Shown: positions 38,521 through 51,656 of the stretch, piece after piece
How positions within the stretch are numbered: position 1 is the stretch's first letter
Layout of the letters: every line of letters begins with the position of its first letter
Assembly: GCF_963921235.1 (NCBI RefSeq)
Contig: NC_086097.1
Coordinates: 127,474,001 to 127,538,000 of the forward strand
Origin: Mobula hypostoma
Lineage: Eukaryota
Direction: 5' to 3'
Length of the DNA: 64,000 nucleotides
Notes under the pieces: model-generated
Databases searched by the model: none
What the model saw: the letters and a program-made list of their open reading frames with translations, nothing else
What the model was told of the DNA's origin: nothing
Made by a program: the position numbers and the translations under genes

Positions 38521-39589
38521 CAGCTGTCTTGTTCAAGTTCATTGTCATTCAACTGTACACATATTTACAGCTAAACTGAACAACGTTCCTCTGGGGCCAA
38601 GATGCAAAACACAGTACATACATAAAATACAGTACATAAAGTTAACAGATAATATTAACAGATACAGGCAGAGAGACGGATGATGGGGTGGGGGGGGTGG
38701 TGGTGCAGTTTCTCCAGAACTATTGAGAATCCCGTCTCAGCTTTCCGAAGAACTGTACATGGTTGCGGAGCAGAGACTGAACCCATTGTAGGTGCCATGT
38801 CTTCTGTGCTGTGCATACATCATGTGTATTATGGTAACTAGTCATATTAGTGGGGGCATGGTAAAGGTGAAGGGAATAAGTTTCATATTCAAGCTTATTT
38901 CAGGGCAGTTTGTAGCTTGGAGGTCATACCTTTGCTCAGATAATGCTCAATAATGTTTCACTGTAGGTTTTCTAATTGCAAATAAAGGATCGAAATAAAG
39001 AATTGGACTTTTGGAGCAATCATGGGAGCTCAGGGCATGTCACAGGCAAGAGGCAATTGTTTTGTTTGATCTTGGATCAGTCTTTCGCCACTACACCCTA
39101 CATCATAAGCTATGTTATCAATTATCTACACTTTCTGAAAGATCAGAATATTAGAAAAGGTGACAATTGCTGATAACATTAATCTAATTGACTAATCCTC
39201 AAATAAAGAAGCAGCCCACTGGCTCTTGGAGCAAAATCCCGATGATATTGGGAATAAGAGAGTTGAGAAAGTCTCTTGACCATCCTTTAATGAGAACATG
39301 TGCTATTCTTCTAAACTGGAATGTCTAATCAAGTCAAGTTTATTGTCGGTAAGGTACAATTAAGAACTTGCATCCAGCAGCATCACAGACACATTGAGTC
39401 AGGCAATACGCAGAACATGAATAATACATAAATTATACAGGCTTTTCTTCAGTCATAATGGATAATTGACCTGAAATGTTAACTGTCTTTCTCTTTCCAT
39501 ATTGTGTCTGATCTGCTGAGAATCATCATCACTTTTTAAAAAAATATTCTGCTTTTCAAATGGATCACAGCTAACTTTTCCAACACCAC

Positions 39590-40511
39590 ATTCTCTGCTA
39601 CTTCCTCCATTTTCAACAGGATCCTACAACTATACACATCTTTACTCCAACCCCCCCCCCCCACCAACGCTCTCCGCTTTCCGCAGGGATTGCTCCCTCC
39701 ATGATTTTTTTGTCCATTCGTTCCTCCCCACTAATCTCCTTTCTGGCAAGTGACTGAAATGCTACACCAGCCCATTCATGTCCTCCCTAAAGTCCTTCCA
39801 GGTGAGGCAGCAACTTCACCTGCAACCTGTTGAGGTTGTGTACTGTATCCAGTGCTCCCGATGCAAGCTCCTCTACAATGGTGAGACCCAATTTAAATTG
39901 GGGGATGGCTTTGTCGAGCACCTTAGCTTCATCCGCCAAAAGCAGAATTTCCCAGTTACCAAACATTTAATTTCTATCCCCTCCTGACATGTCGGTTCGT
40001 GGCCTCAGCTTCTGCCACGGTGAGACCACTCTCAGGATGGAGGAGCAACACTTCATGTTCCCTCTGGGTAGCCTCCAACCTGATGGCATGAACATTGATT
40101 TCTCCTTCTGGTAACTTTTTTTCTCTTCTTTTCTTTTCTCCTCCCCCTCCACTCTTCATCCATTCTCTACTCTTTCCTCTTACCCACTTCTCCTCACCTG
40201 CCTATCATGTCCACCTGGTGCTCCCCCTTTCTCCCATGGTCCACTCTCCTCTCCTATCAGATTCCTTCTTCACCAGCCCTTTACCTCTCCCACCAACCTG
40301 GCTTCACCTTTCACCTTCTAGCTTGTCCTCTTTCCACTCCCCCCAACCTTTTTATTCTGGCACCTTCCCCCTTTCTTTTCAGTCCTGAGGAAGGGTCTTG
40401 GGCTGGGATGGCAACTGTTTATTCATATAGACGCTGCCTGACCTGTAGAGTTCCTCTAACATTTTGTGTGTGTCACTTTGGATTTCCAGCATCTGCAGAA
40501 TCTCTTGTGTT
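39590..40511 (+). mobile_element. Older 5'-truncated Penelope copy with decayed GIY-YIG, decayed hammerhead (about 40381-40417) and tail
   Basis: VVYCIQCSRCKLLYNGET; ctgggtagcctccaacctgatggcatgaacat shared with the young element; tail tttccagcatctgcagaatctcttgtgttt. Confidence 0.85.
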
Positions 40512-40779
40512 TAACTTTTCTCAATCTCTTATGAAGCTGGGATATAGAGTCTAATAGCAATGAAGCATGCTCTTCCCTCTTTGACAGTTTATTCCTCTCC
40601 ATAGATGCTGCCTGACCTGCTGAGTTCCTCCAGCAATTTGTGTGTCTTGCTTCACCCCACCAAGTCTGCACTGACCCTCAAGTGCCAACTTGCATTAATC
40701 CTACACCAATCACCATTTATTTTGTTCTCCCCCCATTCTCATCAGCTCTCTCTCTCATCTCTCACTGACGCACACATTA

Positions 40780-41555
40780 TTGAATTGAATTGAATTTATT
40801 CCTTGCATCCTTCACATACACGACGAGTAAAAATCTTTATGTTATGTCTCCGTCTGAATGTGCAATGTGCAAATTATAAATAGTATGTACAGTAAGATAT
40901 ACAACAGAACAGTCAATATAGCCTAGAAATACAATTGTGTCAGCGTGAATTAATCAGTCCGATGGCCTGGTGGAAGAACCTGTCCCGGAGCCTGTTGGTC
41001 CTGGCTTTTATGCTGTGGTACTGTTTCCTGGATGGTAGCAGCTGGAACAGTTTGTGGTTGGGGTGATTTGGGTCCCCAATCATCTTTTGGGCCCTTTTTA
41101 CGCATCTGTCGCTGTAAATGTCCTGAATCGTGGGAAGTTCACATCCACAGATGCGCTGGGCTGTCTGCACCACTCTCTGCAGAGTCCTGCGATTGAGCGA
41201 AGTACAGTTCCCATACCAGGCAGTGATGCAGCCAGTCAGAGTGCTCTCAATTGTGGCCCTGTAGAAAGTCGTTAGGATTTGGGGACTCATGCCAAACTTC
41301 TTCAACCGTCTGAGGTGGAAGAGGCGCTGTTCTGCATTTTTCACCACACAGCCGGTATGTACAGACCCCGTGAGATCCTCAGTAATGTGTATACTGAGGA
41401 ACTTGAAGTTGTTCACCCTCTCAACCCCAGATCCATTGGTGTTACTGTCTCCATTCCTCCAGTAGTCCATAACCAGTTCCTTTGTTTTTGCGACATTGAA
41501 AGAGAGGTTGTTTTCTTGACACCACTGTGTCAGGGTGATTACTTCTTATCTGTAG
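40780..41555 (-). mobile_element. Rex1/Babar LINE 3' fragment
   Basis: VERVNNFKFL...QRLFHLRRLKKFG...WYGNC; (attga)n tail. Confidence 0.88.
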
Positions 41556-43298
41556 GGGAAATTTGCAGTGAACAAGTGGCCTTCAAACCTGCTCATCACT
41601 GGGCAGTGGAACCACTATGGAGCAACTGGAGAAGGTACGTGTAGTCACCAAGAAAGTGTTCTAATTCCACACTGACAGCACTCAGAAGTCAGGATTGAAT
41701 CTGGGTCACTTGAGCTGTGTGAGGGAGCAGCTCAGCATATCTTCACAGGACAATCGCTCACTCTGGAATTAACCTTGCAAATCTCGGATGCTGAACTGTA
41801 GAATATATGAAATAGGAACAAGAGTTGTTCACCTCTCCTCAAGCTTTCTTGGCCTTTCAATCGGATCTTGGTTCCACCTGCATTTTCCTCTATTACCTCC
41901 ATAATCTTTGATTCCACTCAGGTCCAAAAATATGTTTGTTTTCTTTTGCACATTGCTTGCTTATCAGTCTTTGTTTGTCTGCAGATTTTTATTGATTCTA
42001 TTGTATTTCTTTGTTCTACGGTGAAGGCCCGCAAGAAAATTAATCTCAGGGTAGCATTTGGTGACATATATGTACTTTGATAATGCATTTATTTTGAACT
42101 TTGAACCTAGCAGTGTGGGACCCAAGGCTTCTGTACTTCCTGCCCATTTACATTAAACCTATCATCTAATCTGTGCTTTAAAACTGTTAGCCAATGCCAG
42201 GATGGGAATGGTGAATTTGTTTTCCTCGTTAGTGAAGTATTAATGCTTTTTTGTTGTTATACAAAGCAATGTAGGAATGGTTTTACACAAAGTGGTGCAA
42301 ATACATAATTTCTCCATTGAGTATCGTGTAGTTCCAAGATTATGCTGGCGTATCAACTTTAACAGAGTGAAATAACACAGAGTTATCGTACCAAGACTCC
42401 TTCTCTGTATTACAAAGAACCTTGAAGCGAACACAGATGGATGGCCAATTTCTAAATTCATGCTGTATCAAAATACAGGTAATAACTTCAGGAACACTAG
42501 CTCAGATTGGTGGGAGAACTGCTCCAGCTACATTGTTCTGCTTTGACTCTGAATTTATAAATAGAGAATTCTCCTCTAGCCCATGCTTGTCTTCCTGATG
42601 TGATTCATTGCCTCATCCTCTGTAACTTCATGTGACTCCATAACTTATTTGGTTTACTGTGCTTCTCAAGTTCTGATGTTCTGTGCATCCCAGATGGTGA
42701 CTATGCTAGAAATATCTGGCTCTGCTATTTCTGCTCAGAAACTCTCTCTCTCCATTAACTCGCTTCTGAAGACAACTCCCATTTACACGTATCTTCCTAA
42801 TATCTCTGTAAGCGGCTTTGTGGAAGTGGCTGGAGTTTCTACGGTTGTAGGGTTAATTTAGATCAAGAATTCTGTACTAATTGCATGTTAGTTGTAGAAT
42901 ATTTAAGCTTGCCCTCACTGGAGCACTCATTTTCCTTGTAGGAGTGTCACCATTTATGTAAAGTGATCTCAAATGCTTGCAAGAGTTTCTCCTGCCAGTC
43001 ACCATTGCCAGTAAAGTCTGGGTCATCTTCCCCCCACCACCTGACTAGCATTTTCTTGCCTCAAACAATGTCCAAGTCTCTCTCACTGATTTCAAAGTTC
43101 AAAGTAGGTTTATTATCAAAGTACATACATATCACTGTATACTTCCCTGAGAATCATTTTTCTTGCAGGCATTCACAGTAAATGTGAAGAAACACAATAG
43201 AATCAATGAAAACTACACAAAAAAAAGATGGGCAAACAATGGGAAAAATACAATAATTGTGCAAATACAAAAAGAAAAACAAATTATTAATAATAATA

Positions 43299-44181
43299 AG
43301 AGGGGTGATTGATAAGTTCGTGGCCTAAGGTAGAAGGAGTCAATTTTAGAAAAACTAGCACATTCATTTTTCAACATAGTCCCCTCCTACATGTACACAC
43401 TTAGTCCAGCGGTCGTGGAGCATACGGATCCCTTCTTTGTAGAAGTGGTCCACTGCAGGGGTGATTGATAAGTTCGTGGCCTAAGGTAGAGGAAGATGAG
43501 TTGAAACTCTAGGAAGAGGTGCAGTCGACGTTTCAGGCCGAGACCCTCCTGACGAAGGGTCTGGGCCTGAAACGTCGACTGTACCTCTTCCTAGAGATGC
43601 TGCCTGGCCTGCTGCGTTCACCAGCAACTTTTATGTGTGTTGCTTGAATTTCCAGCATCTGCAGAATTCCTGTTGTTTGAGTTGAAACTCATCCACTTAG
43701 TCCAGCGGGTGATTGATAAGTTTGTGGCCTAAAGTAGAAGGCAATGAGGAGAAACTTCAAACTTTCTGCATTTTCACTCAAAGTGTTGAACTGTACGTGC
43801 ATGTAATGAGAGCGTCTTGGACGTCTAAGTGGTCCACAGCAGGGGTGATTGATAAGTTTGTGGCCTAAGGTAGAAGGAGATGAGTTATACAGCTCTCGTT
43901 ACATGCACGTGCAATTCAACTCTTTGCATGAAAATGCAGAAAGTTTGAAGTTTCTCCTCATTGCCTTCTACTTTAGGCCACAAACTTATCAATCACCCCT
44001 GCTGTGGACCACTTCTGGAGGTCCAAGACGCCGACTTCTACAAAGAAGGGATCTGTATGCTCCACGACCGCTGGACTAAGTGTGTAAATGTAGGAGGGGA
44101 CTACGTTGAAAAATAAATGTGCTAGGTTTTCTAAAATTGACTCCTTCTACCTTAGACCATGAACTTTTCAATCACCCCTCG
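43299..44181. mobile_element. Mariner-type MITE with TA TSD and multiple internal TIR copies, inserted in a Rex1 LINE (about 43095-45090, minus)
   Basis: TA|(c/a)GAGGGGTGATTGATAAGTT...AACTTTTCAATCACCCCTCG|TA; long terminal inverted arms. Confidence 0.85.
43510..43677 (+). mobile_element. Miniature Penelope insertion: short inverted arm, hammerhead core and tail, nested in a MITE
   Basis: TSD TGAGTTGAAACTC at 43497-43509 and 43678-43690; core CTGACGA...GAAACGTC at 43549-43576; tail ending CAGAATTCCTGTTGTT. Confidence 0.9.
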
Positions 44182-45165
44182 TAGATAAATAAATAATATT
44201 AAGAACATGAGTTGTAGCGAAAGTGAGCACATAGTGAGGCTGTGGAATTCGGCTCAGTGATGTAGTGAGTGAAGTTATGGTTGGGGGGTAACAACTATGC
44301 ATAAACCTGGTGTGTGGGACCTAAAGTTTCCTGTACCTCCTTCCAGATGGTAGCAGTGCGAAGGGAACATGACCTGGATGATTGCTGCTGCTTTGTTGTA
44401 AGTGTGCTCATTGGTGGGGAGGGCCCTACCTGTACTGGACTGGGCTGTATTCATCACCTTTTGTAGGCTTTTCCATTGAAGGGCATCAGTGTTTCCATAC
44501 CAAGCGGTGAAGCAACTAGTTAGTATACTCTCTATCATGCATCTATAGAAGTTCATCAAAGCTTTACTTCACAAGCTTCTAAGAAAGTCAAGGTGGCTCC
44601 TTGCCTTCTTTGTAATGGCACATGTGTTGGCCCAGGACAGATCCTTTGAAATGGTAACACAGAGGAATTTAAAGTTATTGACCTGCTCACCTCTGATTCC
44701 CTGATGAGGACTGGCTCATTGACCTAAAGTTTCCTCCTCCTGAAGTCAATAATCAGCTCCTCGGTGTTGCTGACGTTGAGTGGGAGGTTGTTGTTGCGGT
44801 CCCATTCAGCCAGATTTTCAATCTCCCTCCTAAGTGCTGTTTAGTCACCAACTCTGATTTGGCCAATGACAGTGGTGTTGTTAGCAAACTTAAATATAGT
44901 ACTGAAGCTGTAATTAGACTCACAGTCATAAGTATAAAGCAGGTAGAGGAGGGGGATGAATATACAGCCTTGTGGTGCACTTGACTGACAGAGATTTTGG
45001 AGGAGATGTTGATGCCAATCTGAACTGACTACAAGTGAGGAAATTTGAGGATTCAGTTGCACAAAGAGGTATTGAGGCCCCAGGTCCGATGGTGTCAAAC
45101 AGAGCAATAGTTCCTTCCTTGCAGTGGGAAGAAGGACTCTGGTCACTTCCTGCCTCTATGTTCAA

Positions 45166-45320
45166 CGTGTTGTTGTTGAGTGCCATCAAGTTGTTGTTGA
45201 CTCATGGCGACCCAACAGAAGTAGATACTGTTGCTGCCCAGGTTGGGACCTGGCTGGGTTCGAACTCAGGACCACCTACCTTGAAGTCCAGTGCTGATGC
45301 CACTACACCAACGGCCTGCC
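45166..45320 (-). mobile_element. Short tRNA-derived SINE with RTE-type tail
   Basis: Head ggtgtagtgg...gagttcgaacc; tail gggtcgccatgagtc...cttgatggcactcaacaacaac. Confidence 0.65.
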
Positions 45321-45984
45321 CAGGTTTAAATTAGAGGAAATTATTTACAGAGCCTTATACATCATGCATATCTCAGCAGAGGATTTCAAAGCATCTAAAT
45401 TACATTGTGTGTTTGGTACATGTGACAGCGTTTGAATTTCTGTCCTTTTGCCCAACAACTTTTGCACCCAAAGCAACCTTTGCAAAGCCTGAAACATTTA
45501 GGGGAAACGTGAACTTATGCTTCACTTTTCGAATTCTTTGCAGTCACTCAGCTGTGCTTTACCATAACACTTTCATTTTTGTGCCATTTCTTCAATGTTG
45601 AGCTCCCAGTGTAAGGTTCAGAGCCCCTAAAGCTAAATGAGATTCAGTAATAAAGTAGCCTTTGACAGCTATCCCATTGAAAAGCGGCCATTAGTGTGCT
45701 CACCGTTTAAGTTCTTTAACTGTGGTCTCCGATCTAGTAAGAATGAATGGCATTGCTACGGAGTTCATCAAACCACAGGATAGCTCTCTAAACAGTTGTT
45801 CTAATGCATAAACCATGTGAATAAGAGGCAGCTGAAAGCACAGTTAAGGCATCATTATTCAGAGGCTTGCTGCTCCTGGCGACACGTCAGGATCTATATC
45901 TACGCTGATGATATTCAGCTCTACCCTATTCCATCCCATTCACTGCTCCTGATGTATCACATTGCTCGGCACAGCAAGTCAATG

Positions 45985-46625
45985 GCTACAGAACAGAAAC
46001 AGACCCTTCAGCCCACAGTGTTGTGTTGAATGAATAGAACTAGTAATTAAGTGCCCTACTAAACCAATCCCTTCTGCCTACACAACGTCTATATGCATCC
46101 AGATTCTGCACATTCATGTGCCCGTCCAGTAGCTCTTGAATTTCTGTTATATTTACCTCCACTACCAGTTCGCCATCATTCTGTGTAAAAAAAAATACCC
46201 CACACATCCCCATTGAACTTACTCACTTTCACCTTAAATAAATGCCCTCTAGTATTTGACATTTGAGCTCTGGGAAATATATATTGGCTGTCTAATCTGT
46301 TTACGCCTCTCATAATCTTATAAACCTCCTCCCAGTCTTCCCTGAGCCTCTGCTGCTTCAGAGAAAACAGCTCAAGTTTATTCAGCCTCGCTTTATAGCA
46401 CCTGCCCTCTAATTCAGGCAGCAACCTGGTAAACCTCTTCTGCACCTTTCCAAAGCTTTTACTTATTCCTATGTTGGAGTAACCAGAACTGAATGCAATA
46501 CTCCAGGCGTACCAAACTAGAGTTTTGTAAAGCTGTGAAGTAACTTCCTGACTCTTGAATCCAATGCTTTGACTAAAAAAGTCAAACATGCCATATACCT
46601 TCTTTACCACACTATCATCCTGTGC
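45985..46625 (-). mobile_element. CR1 3' fragment
   Basis: KVQKRFTRLLPEL...LFSLKQQRLR...TRGHLFKV. Confidence 0.8.
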
Positions 46626-48394
46626 TTTGATTTTTCAGCATTGTTTACTTGTCAGACATGGACTTGCCAAAATACAGCTGTTCCCAATTAACCCTCCTTA
46701 TTTTCTGCCTAATATTCTTGTAATTTGCATTGCTTCAGTTTAATACTCTCCCAAAACTTCCATACTTAAGCTTGTCTGTAGCTATCTTATAATATGTAGG
46801 ACTAGATGAGCCAAAATCTCCTACAATTAGACATCAGGAATATTTAAGCTTATAGTGTCATCAGCCAGTACTTCTTGAACCATGTCTCAGTATTATTCTC
46901 TCCAACAGACTGGAAAATGGTTTAAATTAACTTGGGTGGTTTATAAATAAAAACTTATAGTATCTGACTGCATCTCTTTCTGCAGAGACAGACAGATGCT
47001 AGGGAGTTTCCCATACTAAACATTGTTGTAGTGGTACAACACATGATACGTTCCTTAAGGAGGTATGGCCATAAAGTAGCTTGGGTGGTTTCCAACCATA
47101 TTGTATATGACACGTTGATAATACTAGTGCCGTTGTCTAGTCAGGCAGATCATGCCATTTGGCCTTGACTACACCTACTTTATTAATACTACTCGCCTCC
47201 ACCTCTGTAATATTCCTCCTCTTCAACACCCTGCCTCGGCGCATCTCCTGGTGAGTCTCTTCTTCATGTTTTCATTACCTCAGGGCTGATCTTTCCTGCA
47301 AGTTTACAGTTAGCATCCACATTTCACTCTGTACACTTGAACTCAGATTCCGGTACCCTATAAATGCAGCTCCCTCTCACTAATTCGTGGGGCAACAATT
47401 TAGACAACTGACACATTTTCTTTTAAGAAATAAGTGCAGAATGAAATAATGTTTACATATTAATAATGGAGCGTTGACTCAGTTCAGTCATGGCTAGTAT
47501 AAAAATATTCCTTCATCAAGGCAGTTATTTAAAAAATAACAGATTGTAATAATGAAAACAATGATACTAACAGAAATTTATTTTTAGTTATTACAATCCA
47601 AAACCAAAAATCTAATTTCATGAGCATGAATTATGAGGAAGTGAGAAGGAGAAAAGAAGTCAGTTTTTGTTTGTCTTCATTTCATGTTGTAATTAAATCT
47701 CTAAGGTGTCTTTGCATGAAAGTACTTTGAAGTGCAGGGACAGCAGAATCCTACACTGCCAACATGTTCTGCAGTGCACACAAAGTTTTAATTCTCACTT
47801 GTCTTTTCAATTACAGGTATTTTGAACAATGTCTACGGCTTTCCTCAGAAAATCAATGCTACCAAAAATTACTTTCAAATTGAAAACATGGTTTGGGATA
47901 ATTGGTTTCTATGCTCTATAGCAACACAAACCAGCCCTCATGTTCGTTTACAATATAAATGCAGAAATCAAAATGTGCATTAGGTGAAACTCACTGTGAT
48001 TATTTGGCGATTAAATTGCTAAAGGCTGTAAAAATTGCTCGATTTGCAACATTTCTGCTGTCAGCAAGTACAATCTAATCTATTAAACTATTAGGGCACA
48101 TAAACTTACAGCTTTGAAAACAAGGAAAATAAACAACTTATTTACTTTTGCCTAATTGGATTAAAGGTAGTCATTCAGCAAATATTCAGATAAATCACAC
48201 TCAGCAGCTGAGGTGATACACAAGTTCATGAGTGGACACAGTTGGAAAGTCTGGCCGTTAAATGTTTTCATTTTCACAGACCTTCTTAAGTCTATTTTGT
48301 TCATGAGTTGGAAACTACACAAAAATAATTTGATATAGTAAAGATAGCATTGTAATGAATGGCATCAAAACAAACAAGACTGATAAGAAAGACA

Positions 48395-48520
48395 CAAGAG
48401 GGAATGCAGATGCTGAAAATCTGCAGCACACATAAAATGCTGGGAGAACTTAATGGGACAAGCAGTGTCTATGAAGGAAAATGGACAGTTCACCTTTCGG
48501 GTTGAAACCCTTCATCACAC
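48395..48520 (-). mobile_element. Decayed Penelope tail/hammerhead fragment; similar remnants at about 24920-25130, 26795-26880, 40590-40650 and 59060-59210
   Basis: tgcagatgctgaaaatctg...cataaaatgctgg...tttcgggttgaaacccttcatca. Confidence 0.6.
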
Positions 48521-48947
48521 AGAACATTTTATTAAAAGTGGAGAGAGAGAGAGAGAGCAAGAGAGAGAGAGAGAGGGGTGGAGAGAGAGGAAGGGAGAGA
48601 GAGGGAGAGAGAGAATGACAGAGAGAGAGGGAGGGGGGAGAGAGAGAGAGATAAATCGATGGTCTACATGTGTGTACAGTGACAATCCTTCCCCCTAAGT
48701 TAGGGGATGAATAGTGTTAACATGTTAAATTACAAGGAGTACTCCCTAGTTCAGAATGAATATATGATGAGAAAAATTATAAATGGAAATGCACTTGTAT
48801 TTATTGTGTGGAAGACGCTTGAACAAATACTGTGACTTGGCTTTTAAGATCAATGGGAGAAAGAAGAGTTCATCAGAAATCTTCAACACAACTTCCAGAT
48901 AGGAAACGTACATCTTCAAGGTTATAGTAGAGTTTATAGGTCACATG

Positions 48948-49160
48948 TGTTGGCGCGTGGCCAAGTGGTTATGGCGTCAGTCTAGTGATCTGAAGGTCGC
49001 TAGTTTGAGCCTCAGCTGAGGCAACATGATGTGTCCTTGAGCAAGGCTCTTAACCACACATTGCTCTGTGATGACACCGGTGCCAAGCTGTATCGGCCTT
49101 AGTGCCCTTCCCTTGGACAACATCGGCGGTGTGGAGAAGGGAGACTTGCAGCATGGGCAA
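48948..49160 (+). mobile_element. tRNA-derived SINE with CORE-like domain
   Basis: A box gcgtggccaagtgg; CORE-like gtgtccttgagcaaggctcttaacc. Confidence 0.65.
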
Positions 49161-51480
49161 TCCTCTAGCAACTCATTCCACATACTCACCCTCCTTGTGT
49201 GAAAAGGTTGCCTCTCAGGTCCCTTTTAAACCTTTCCCTTCCCTATGCTGCCCTAGCTTTGGACTCCCCTGCTCTGGGGAAAAGACTGCTACCATCCACC
49301 TCATCTCTGCCTTCCATAATTCTAGACATTTCTCTAAGGTTGCCCCGCATTGTCCTTCTTTCCAAAGAATAAAGACATAGTCTTGACAACCTCTCCCTAC
49401 AAGTCAGAGTCTCTATCGCTGAAAATATCCTGTTAAATCTTTTCAGCACTCTTCCTATAACAGGGTAACCAAAAGTGTACACAGTACTCCAAGTACGGCC
49501 TCCCCAATGACTTGTACAATTCCGAAATAATGTCCTAATTTCGATATTGTGCCCTGACTAATGAAGGTCATTGTGCAAAATATCTGTGCCTATCTGTGAC
49601 ACTGCTTTCATCATTCTATGCATTTGTACTCCTAGGTGTCTCTGTTCTATTGCAGTCCATCGTGGTCTACCATTCATAGTCCCGTGATAGCTGACTTTCC
49701 AAATTGCATCACCTCATACATATCTGTATTGAAGTCCAATTTTCCACTTCTCGACCCATTTCCCTTACGGGTCAATATCCCCCTGTAATTCGCCCTTTGT
49801 GGATTATTGACTAGTGGTGTTCCACAGGCGTCGGTATTGGTACTGCTTAATTTCCTGTTATATGTCAATGATTTGGATGATGGAATTGATGGCTTGTGGC
49901 CAAGTTTGTAGACGATGTGAAGATCAGTGGAAACGCAGGTAATGTTGAAAAAGCAGGAGTCTGCAGAAAGATTTAGGCAGGTTAGGAGAATGGGCAATGA
50001 AGTGACAGATGAAATATAGCGTAGGGAAGTGTTTGGTCATACACTTTGGTGGAAGAACAAAGTGTTCTCGTAACGGATGATTTAGCCTGGATCCACAACT
50101 TCTCCTCATTAGTGAAGAAGCCACAGCAGCACCTAAACTTTTTGAGAAGATGGAGGCGTGCAAGTCTCCCCACCCCCATTCTAACAACTTTCTACAGAAG
50201 CTCCATCAAGCTGTCTGGCTGCATCATTGTGTGTTATGGAAGCTGCAAGGCATCAGACCACGTCACCCTACAGATAAAAACCGCCGAGAGGTCACGGGGA
50301 TCTCCTTCCTCCTTATTTGTGACATTTACAGGAAGTGTTGTAGACGAAGGGACCAAAACATTGTTGAGGATCCCTACCACCCATCCCACAATCTCTTTGA
50401 CCCTCTACCATCAGGAAGGAGATACAGTAGAGCAGGACTAGGTCTGCCAGACCGGGTAACAGTTTCTTACCCCAGGCTGTGAGACTAATGAATACACTGC
50501 CACCACTCAGGTCTTGTCACTAGGACAGCCAACTGGTTACTGTTCACCGTTTACCTATGCTGCACACTTCATGTGCATTTTGAATGATATTTTATTAATT
50601 TATTTGTAATAATATTTTGTTTAATGTGCTGTGTGTGATATATGTATTGTAGGTGCACCATAGGCCAGAGGAGCATTGTTTTGTTTGGTTGCATATATAT
50701 ACAGTCAGATGACAATAAACTTGACCTTGAATAAAGCCATAGGTTATTTTCTAACCAGGGAGAAAGTTCTGAAATCAGAGGTGTAAAGGAATTGGGAGTT
50801 CTTGTGCAGAATTCTCTAAAGGTTAACTTGCAGGTTGCGTTGGTGGTGAGGAAGGCAAACACAAATGTGGCATTCAGTTCGAGGGGACTAGAACACAAAA
50901 GCAGGGATGTAATGCTGAGGCTTTATAAGGCATTGACCAGACTGCACTAGGAGTATTGTGTGCAATTTTGGGCCTCCTATCTAATGAAGATGTGCTGGCA
51001 TTGGAGAGGATCCAGAGCAGTTTCACAAGAACAATCTGGGAACTAAAGGGTTAATGTATGAGGAACATTTGTTATCTCAGGGCCTGTACTCGCTGGAGTT
51101 TAGAAGAATGAGGGGGATCTCATTGAAGCCTATCGAATATTGAAGGGCCTAGACACAGTGGACGTGGAGAGGATGTTTCCTACAGTGGAGTGTCCAGACC
51201 AGAGGGCACAGAATCAGAATAGGACATCACTTTAGAACAGAGGTAAGGAGGGACTTCTTTAGCCAGAGGGCAGTGAATCCATGGAATTCATTGCCACTGA
51301 CGGCTGTGGAGGCCAAGGCATTCGACATATTTAAGGTGGAGTTTGATAGATTCATTATTAGTAAGGGCATCATAGGTTACAGGGAGCAGGCAGGAGATTG
51401 GGGTTGATAGTGATAATAAATCAGCCATGGTTGAATTGCAGAGCACATTCGAAGGGCTGAATGGCCTAATTGTGCTCCTA
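49160..51480. mobile_element. CR1 cluster (minus 49160-49790, plus 49810-51480) with nested Rex1 fragment (about 50070-50730, plus)
   Basis: CR1 RT and 3' motifs on both strands; the Rex1 piece ends gacaataaacttgaccttga. Confidence 0.75.
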
Positions 51481-51656
51481 TACTGTATTGACCAATGAAC
51501 ATACGATAACCTATGATAAGCTTCTTCACTATCAACTCTTTCACAGTGATTAAATCTTTAGGCCCGAATGGAACAATTTAAAATTTACTATGTTGTGGAT
51601 GCCCATATAGTAACTGTATTTATAGTATATTATATGCTTTACTGCTATATAGTAGC

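Noticed and set aside
43299..44181. Spaced direct repeats that superficially resemble a CRISPR array
   Set aside because: Eukaryotic context, irregular spacing and both orientations; these are transposon TIR copies.
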